Shown here one piece after another: positions 54,044-57,215 of a stretch of DNA of 57,215 nucleotides (position 1 is the first letter of the stretch; every line of letters begins with the position of its first letter). The translations under genes were made by a program, and so were the position numbers. The notes under the pieces were generated by a model. The model had not been told where the DNA came from. It made no database searches and was given only the letters and a program-made list of their open reading frames with translations. The stretch is taken from positions 85,907-143,121 of the forward strand of contig CAYZZF010000001.1 in NCBI GenBank assembly GCA_964483115.1. Reading direction: 5' to 3'. The stretch comes from an uncultured Gammaproteobacteria bacterium (lineage in GTDB: Bacteria; Patescibacteriota; Microgenomatia; Levybacterales; UBA12049).

Positions 54044-54600
54044 GGATTTTTTACAGGTCCCATTCTATTTAATGGCCAGTATACAAAGAAAGATTTTCCT
54101 ATAATAGATTTTCTTGGAAGAAAGCCCCATTCTCTTGAGTCAGAACTAAAGGAGCGATTATCTCCCAAAACAAAATATTCATCCTTTGGTACAGTTATTT
54201 CAGCCCCCTCTTTTAGAAATGATCCCCCATATGTTAAAACACCTGGCTTAAGATACCTGCTCTCATCAAGTTTTTTTCCGTTGAGATATACATAGCCATT
54301 TTTAAGAGAAACTTTATCGTTTGGTGCTCCAATTATTCTTTTTATGTAATCTTTTTCAGGATCGGGCGGAGCCTTAAAAACTACTACTTCTCCGCGTTTT
54401 GGATTCTGAAAATCAAGCGTAATTATATTGGTCAAAATATACTCCTTATCGTAAAAATTAGGGAACATTGAGTCACCATTTACCTGAAAGGGACGAAAAA
54501 GAAAAACGTATATGACCAAGAATACAGCAGCGGCTAAAAGGAGCGTTTCTACTATATCAATAAGAAATGCGTAAACTTTTCTAATTAAAGATAAAACCAT
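54040..54600 (-). CDS. lepB: Signal peptidase I
   Basis: N-terminal TM segment, catalytic Ser in NGDSMFPNF, Lys in KRIIGAPND, and the GDNRSFSSDSREWG box. Confidence 0.85.
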   Translation of the reverse strand: MVLSLIRKVYAFLIDIVETLLLAAAVFLVIYVFLFRPFQVNGDSMFPNFYDKEYILTNIITLDFQNPKRGEVVVFKAPPDPEKDYIKRIIGAPNDKVSLKNGYVYLNGKKLDESRYLKPGVLTYGGSFLKEGAEITVPKDEYFVLGDNRSFSSDSREWGFLPRKSIIGKSFFVYWPLNRMGPVKNP

Positions 54601-54628
54601 ATTTCAATTGTCTTAAATTTAGCCTCTT

Positions 54629-54657
54629 TTGTCAATTAGAATAATTTATGGTAAGAT
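54629..54657 (+). promoter_or_regulatory. Candidate promoter of the tRNA locus: TTGTCA-17-(TGg)TAAGAT
   Basis: ttgtca at 54629-54634, a 17-nt spacer, taagat at 54652-54657. The predicted TSS at ~54664 is just before the tRNA-like sequence. Confidence 0.45.
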
Positions 54658-54668
54658 GTTGTTTGTCT

Positions 54669-54705
54669 GGACCCGTAGCTTAGTGGTAGACCTCCGACCC
54701 TGAAT
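54669..54705 (+). pseudogene. Orphan tRNA 5'-half-like element (acceptor strand plus D-arm-like), directly abutting tRNA-Val
   Basis: GGACCCG-TA-GCTTAGTGGTAGACC... is 37 nt. 18 of its first 24 nt match the tRNA-Val 5' half. GGACCCG is perfectly complementary to the tRNA-Val 3' acceptor strand CGGGTCC. No anticodon stem or T-arm of its own. Confidence 0.35.
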
Positions 54706-54777
54706 GGACTCGTGGTTCAGAGGTAGAACGCTCGCTTCACATGCGAGAGGTCGATGGTTCGATTCCATCCGGGTCCA
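54706..54777 (+). tRNA. tRNA-Val (anticodon CAC)
   Basis: Hand-folded cloverleaf. Acceptor GGACTCG/CGGGTCC (one G-U), D-arm GTTC-AGAGGTA-GAAC, anticodon arm CTCGC-TTCACAT-GCGAG, variable AGGTC, T-arm GATGG-TTCGATT-CCATC, discriminator A. CCA is not encoded. Confidence 0.85.
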
Positions 54778-54846
54778 CAAAGTCCAATCAGGCAGGGCGT
54801 TCGATTCGCATTCGAAAGGCCGGGGGTTCGAGACTCTCCGGATCTA
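54771..54846 (+). tRNA. Non-canonical tRNA-Ala(CGC)-like element overlapping the last 7 nt of tRNA-Val
   Basis: Perfect anticodon arm TTCGA-TTCGCAT-TCGAA, variable AGGCC, T-arm GGGGG-TTCGAGA-CTCTC (G53-C61 kept, two G-U). Acceptor GGGTCCA/CGGATCT pairs at 6 of 7 positions and includes G3:U70 with an A73 discriminator. The D-arm GTCC-AATCAGGCA-GGGC needs a 4-nt (not 2-nt) connector. Confidence 0.3.
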
Positions 54847-54888
54847 TCTAACTATTGCCTCCAAACTAAAGAAGAAAGACGAGAAAGA

Positions 54889-55932
54889 ATGAAAGTTTTA
54901 TTTTTGACAAGGCTTTTTTATCCCCATATTGGTGGGGTTGAAAAGCATGTGTATGAAATTAGTAAACGACTTATTAAATTAGGATACGAGGTTACTGTTG
55001 TAACCGAAACTATTACTCATCAACTCAAAACTCAAAATTCAAATCTTGACAAAATAGGAATTTTAAGAATTCCAGTTGGTAAAGATGACTGGTTTAAAAA
55101 GTTTAGAATTTGGAGAGAAGTTTGGAAGACCAGAAAACTTATTCAAGACGCAGATGTTATACATTGCCATGATGTTTTTTTCTGGTATTTGCCCTTTCGA
55201 TTTATTTATCCATCAAAACCTGTTTATACCACTTTTCACGGGTACGAGGGAAACAAAATTCCTTCCAAAAAAGCAATTTTAATGCATAAAATTGCAGAAA
55301 AACTGTCAAAAGGCAATATTTGTATTGGAGATTTTTTGAAAAAGTGGTATGGAACACGGCCAACTTACGTCACCTATGGCGCAGTCAAAATCCAAAATCC
55401 AAAATTCAAAATAAATTCAAAATTGAAAATACTCTTTTTAGGGAGAATTGAGGAAGAGACAGGGATTATGGAATACTTGAAGGCATTAAAGATTTTAAAG
55501 GATAAAAGGCAAAGCTTTGAATTAACAGTTTTAGGAGACGGGTCATTGAGAGATAAATCAGAAAAGTTCTCTAAAAAAAATAATTTAAAGGTAGTCTTTA
55601 AAGGATTTATAAAGGACGTGAACAAATTTATTCTTCAGTCAAATTATGTGTTCGCTTCAAGATATTTGGGAATTTTGGAGGGATTGGCAGCTAAAAAATT
55701 TGTTTTTGCACAATATAATAATGCGATAAAAAAGGATTATTTAAAAATGGCTCCTTTTGTCAAGTTCATATCCATTGCAAAAAACTATCAAGAGCTTTCA
55801 AGTCAAATAGAATTTTTTCTTAAAAACGAATCAGAAAGAAACCAGAAGATTATGGGCGGATTTTATTGGGTCTCGGGTCAGACTTGGGACAAAGTTGTAG
55901 AAATCTATTTAAGACTGTGGGATTTTAGGTAA
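54889..55932 (+). CDS. Glycosyltransferase (GT4-like, GT-B fold)
   Basis: MKVLFLTRLFYPHIGGVEKHVYEISKRL is a typical GT4 N-terminus. The ATG at 54889 is chosen because the 54754 start in the track runs through the tRNA genes. Carries two heptamer arrays. Confidence 0.7.
   Translation: MKVLFLTRLFYPHIGGVEKHVYEISKRLIKLGYEVTVVTETITHQLKTQNSNLDKIGILRIPVGKDDWFKKFRIWREVWKTRKLIQDADVIHCHDVFFWYLPFRFIYPSKPVYTTFHGYEGNKIPSKKAILMHKIAEKLSKGNICIGDFLKKWYGTRPTYVTYGAVKIQNPKFKINSKLKILFLGRIEEETGIMEYLKALKILKDKRQSFELTVLGDGSLRDKSEKFSKKNNLKVVFKGFIKDVNKFILQSNYVFASRYLGILEGLAAKKFVFAQYNNAIKKDYLKMAPFVKFISIAKNYQELSSQIEFFLKNESERNQKIMGGFYWVSGQTWDKVVEIYLRLWDFR
55016..55047 (+). repeat. Heptamer array ACTCAAA-type x3-4 in GT4-like gene
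   Basis: ctcatca actcaaa actcaaa attcaaa. Encodes HQLKTQNSNL. Confidence 0.8.
55384..55432 (+). repeat. Heptamer array TCCAAAA/TTCAAAA-type x6-7 in GT4-like gene
   Basis: gtcaaaa tccaaaa tccaaaa ttcaaaa taaattc aaaattg aaaatac. Encodes VKIQNPKFKINSKLKI. Confidence 0.85.
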
Positions 55933-57215
55933 TTTATATCATAAAGCAGAATTTGATACGTCTTCTCACTAATTATATTTACACGCGGTACTGAGTGCAA
56001 AGCGTTAAGAAGTCTTTCAAAAATATTAAGTTCAGTCAAAGAGACTTTCCGTAACCCTCTGTCATAGTTATTTTTAGCATTCTTTGCTACAGCCAAAAGT
56101 GAATTAGCTGAGCCATTATTTATCAATTTTAAACTCTGTGCTTCTTTAATATCATCAATCAAGTTTTGAAAACTGACTACTCGTTCCGAGGTTGGATTTT
56201 GGTCTTGTGAATAATCTAAACTGAAGGTATCATCTTCATTCGCACCAAGCGTCCCCTCTTTTTTGTAAAGAGAATTAATTCCATCTTTTTGAAATGTCGA
56301 TAGATTAATAGTATAAAAAGTGTTTGCGTTCTTTGAAAGAGTAATTTTATACTTCCCGTTAGAAGGCTGCGGAAGCAGAAATTCGTTAACTCCTGTTCCT
56401 AACTGTTCTTTATTGCCACGAGCATCAGGGTTTTCTATCGGACCCTCAAAAGAATATGTTGCGTTTGGAATTTGGTTAAAAACTTGCGTTTGTCCATTGT
56501 GGATATATTTTCCTGTCTTATTGTTTTCCGGATCTGTAACAAGCACCTCAACATCAGGATTTACAGCAATCACAATATAGCTTAGGTTAGTATTAGAGGG
56601 AACATATCTGTCAACTTGAGTATAAGAGTTACCAAATGAGGAAAGGTCAGCAACATTCCATTCAGGATCGTTTATAGCATAAGTGCTGTCTAATTTTCCT
56701 TTTACAACAACAAAATGGCTGGAAGTTGAAGCATTGTTAACACCTAAGATATCAGGAAATTTATCTACCGTCAGATCTTTATTAATTAAATCAGTGGTGG
56801 CGTTACTTGGATACGCACGATTATGGACAAGCTTTATAGACGATTTTCCTGCATCATATAATTTTTTTGTGAGCGTTCCTATCACAGGCCAATTAAAATA
56901 TGAATACCAGCCACTGCTTCCTTCTCCATAAAGATAGCCGTTGTTATTCTTAAGCCATACATTAAGAGATCCTGGGTCTATTGGTGTTCCGTCTGCAAAT
57001 TCTTTTATGTTATGGAAGTTAAGAACCATTGCCGCCGATGTTACTACACAGCCCCATCTATCCATTGTCGGGTCAGAAGCGTTTAATAATTTTGCGTGGT
57101 CATACTCTGTTGGCCCCCAAGGTAAAGAATTTTGACTAAAATAAGGAACGTCTAAATTATTATCGTCAATGCTTGTAACCTTAATATTATCGAACCAAGT
57201 CTCCGAATTTGGGTC
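55905..57215 (-). CDS. Peptidase C39-like (papain-fold) domain protein, 5' end beyond the window
   Basis: The frame stays open upstream of the track's Met to the window edge. VPYFSQNSLPWGPTEYDH...MDRWGCVVTSAAMVLNFHN matches the Peptidase_C39_2-type pattern (vPyysQ ... gCgptslaMvl). A ~330-aa C-terminal region has unknown function. Confidence 0.55.
   Translation of the reverse strand, partial: DPNSETWFDNIKVTSIDDNNLDVPYFSQNSLPWGPTEYDHAKLLNASDPTMDRWGCVVTSAAMVLNFHNIKEFADGTPIDPGSLNVWLKNNNGYLYGEGSSGWYSYFNWPVIGTLTKKLYDAGKSSIKLVHNRAYPSNATTDLINKDLTVDKFPDILGVNNASTSSHFVVVKGKLDSTYAINDPEWNVADLSSFGNSYTQVDRYVPSNTNLSYIVIAVNPDVEVLVTDPENNKTGKYIHNGQTQVFNQIPNATYSFEGPIENPDARGNKEQLGTGVNEFLLPQPSNGKYKITLSKNANTFYTINLSTFQKDGINSLYKKEGTLGANEDDTFSLDYSQDQNPTSERVVSFQNLIDDIKEAQSLKLINNGSANSLLAVAKNAKNNYDRGLRKVSLTELNIFERLLNALHSVPRVNIISEKTYQILLYDINYLKSHSLK

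Noticed and set aside
54704-54892. Track ORFs (62 aa at 54704, and the N-terminal 45 codons of the 54754 ORF) running through the tRNA locus.
   Set aside because: They overlap a canonical tRNA-Val. The GT4 homology starts at the internal Met (54889).
572-55432. Considered whether the heptamer arrays could be CRISPR arrays or another repeat-spacer structure.
   Set aside because: The units are contiguous 7-mers with no spacers and arrays are only 20-65 bp. They lie inside intact ORFs, and no cas genes are present.

Overview
This is a 57.2-kb, low-GC (roughly one-third GC by eye) bacterial chromosome segment, coded almost entirely on the + strand. The gene content suggests an ultra-small Patescibacteria/CPR (Microgenomates-like) genome: monoderm-type sortase with an LPxTG substrate, DUF4012, a reduced Mur set, and many GT4/GT2/GT-C enzymes. 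That assignment is inference only. Layout: (1) 0-15.8 kb is an envelope-glycan locus with 4 GT4, 2 GT2, 2 GT-C-type membrane proteins (one fused to an O-antigen-ligase-like domain), an acetyltransferase, a manC-like gene, an initiating sugar transferase and DUF4012. (2) 15.8-19.8 kb holds recO, glyQS and hypotheticals. (3) 19.8-30.9 kb is the first half of a dcw/peptidoglycan cluster: mraZ-rsmH-ftsL-ftsI-murE-murC-murA-glmU-like-HAD-glmS. (4) 30.9-41.9 kb is an accessory cell-surface island. It carries an S8 protease, a polytopic membrane protein, and four paralogous Asn/Thr/Gly-rich repeat proteins (one with an LPVTG sorting signal), plus a sortase and GC-rich structured leaders. (5) 41.9-48.0 kb is the second half of dcw: mraY-ftsW-murG-ftsQ-like-ftsA-ftsZ. 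(6) 48-57.2 kb holds ileS, rodA, rplU, rpmA, parB, lepB, an odd composite tRNA locus, another GT4 and a 5'-truncated C39-like peptidase gene. Four signals stand out. (a) About 20 short 7-bp-periodic A-rich tandem arrays are written in-frame into at least 12 unrelated genes, including rsmH, murE, glmS, murG and ileS. (b) The sortase-linked repeat-protein island splits the dcw cluster. (c) A tRNA-Val gene is preceded by an orphan tRNA 5' half and overlapped by a non-canonical tRNA-Ala-like element that has G3:U70. (d) Extended -10 promoters recur 6-10 nt upstream of start codons, which suggests leaderless mRNAs. No CRISPR array, rRNA, transposase or integrase was seen.
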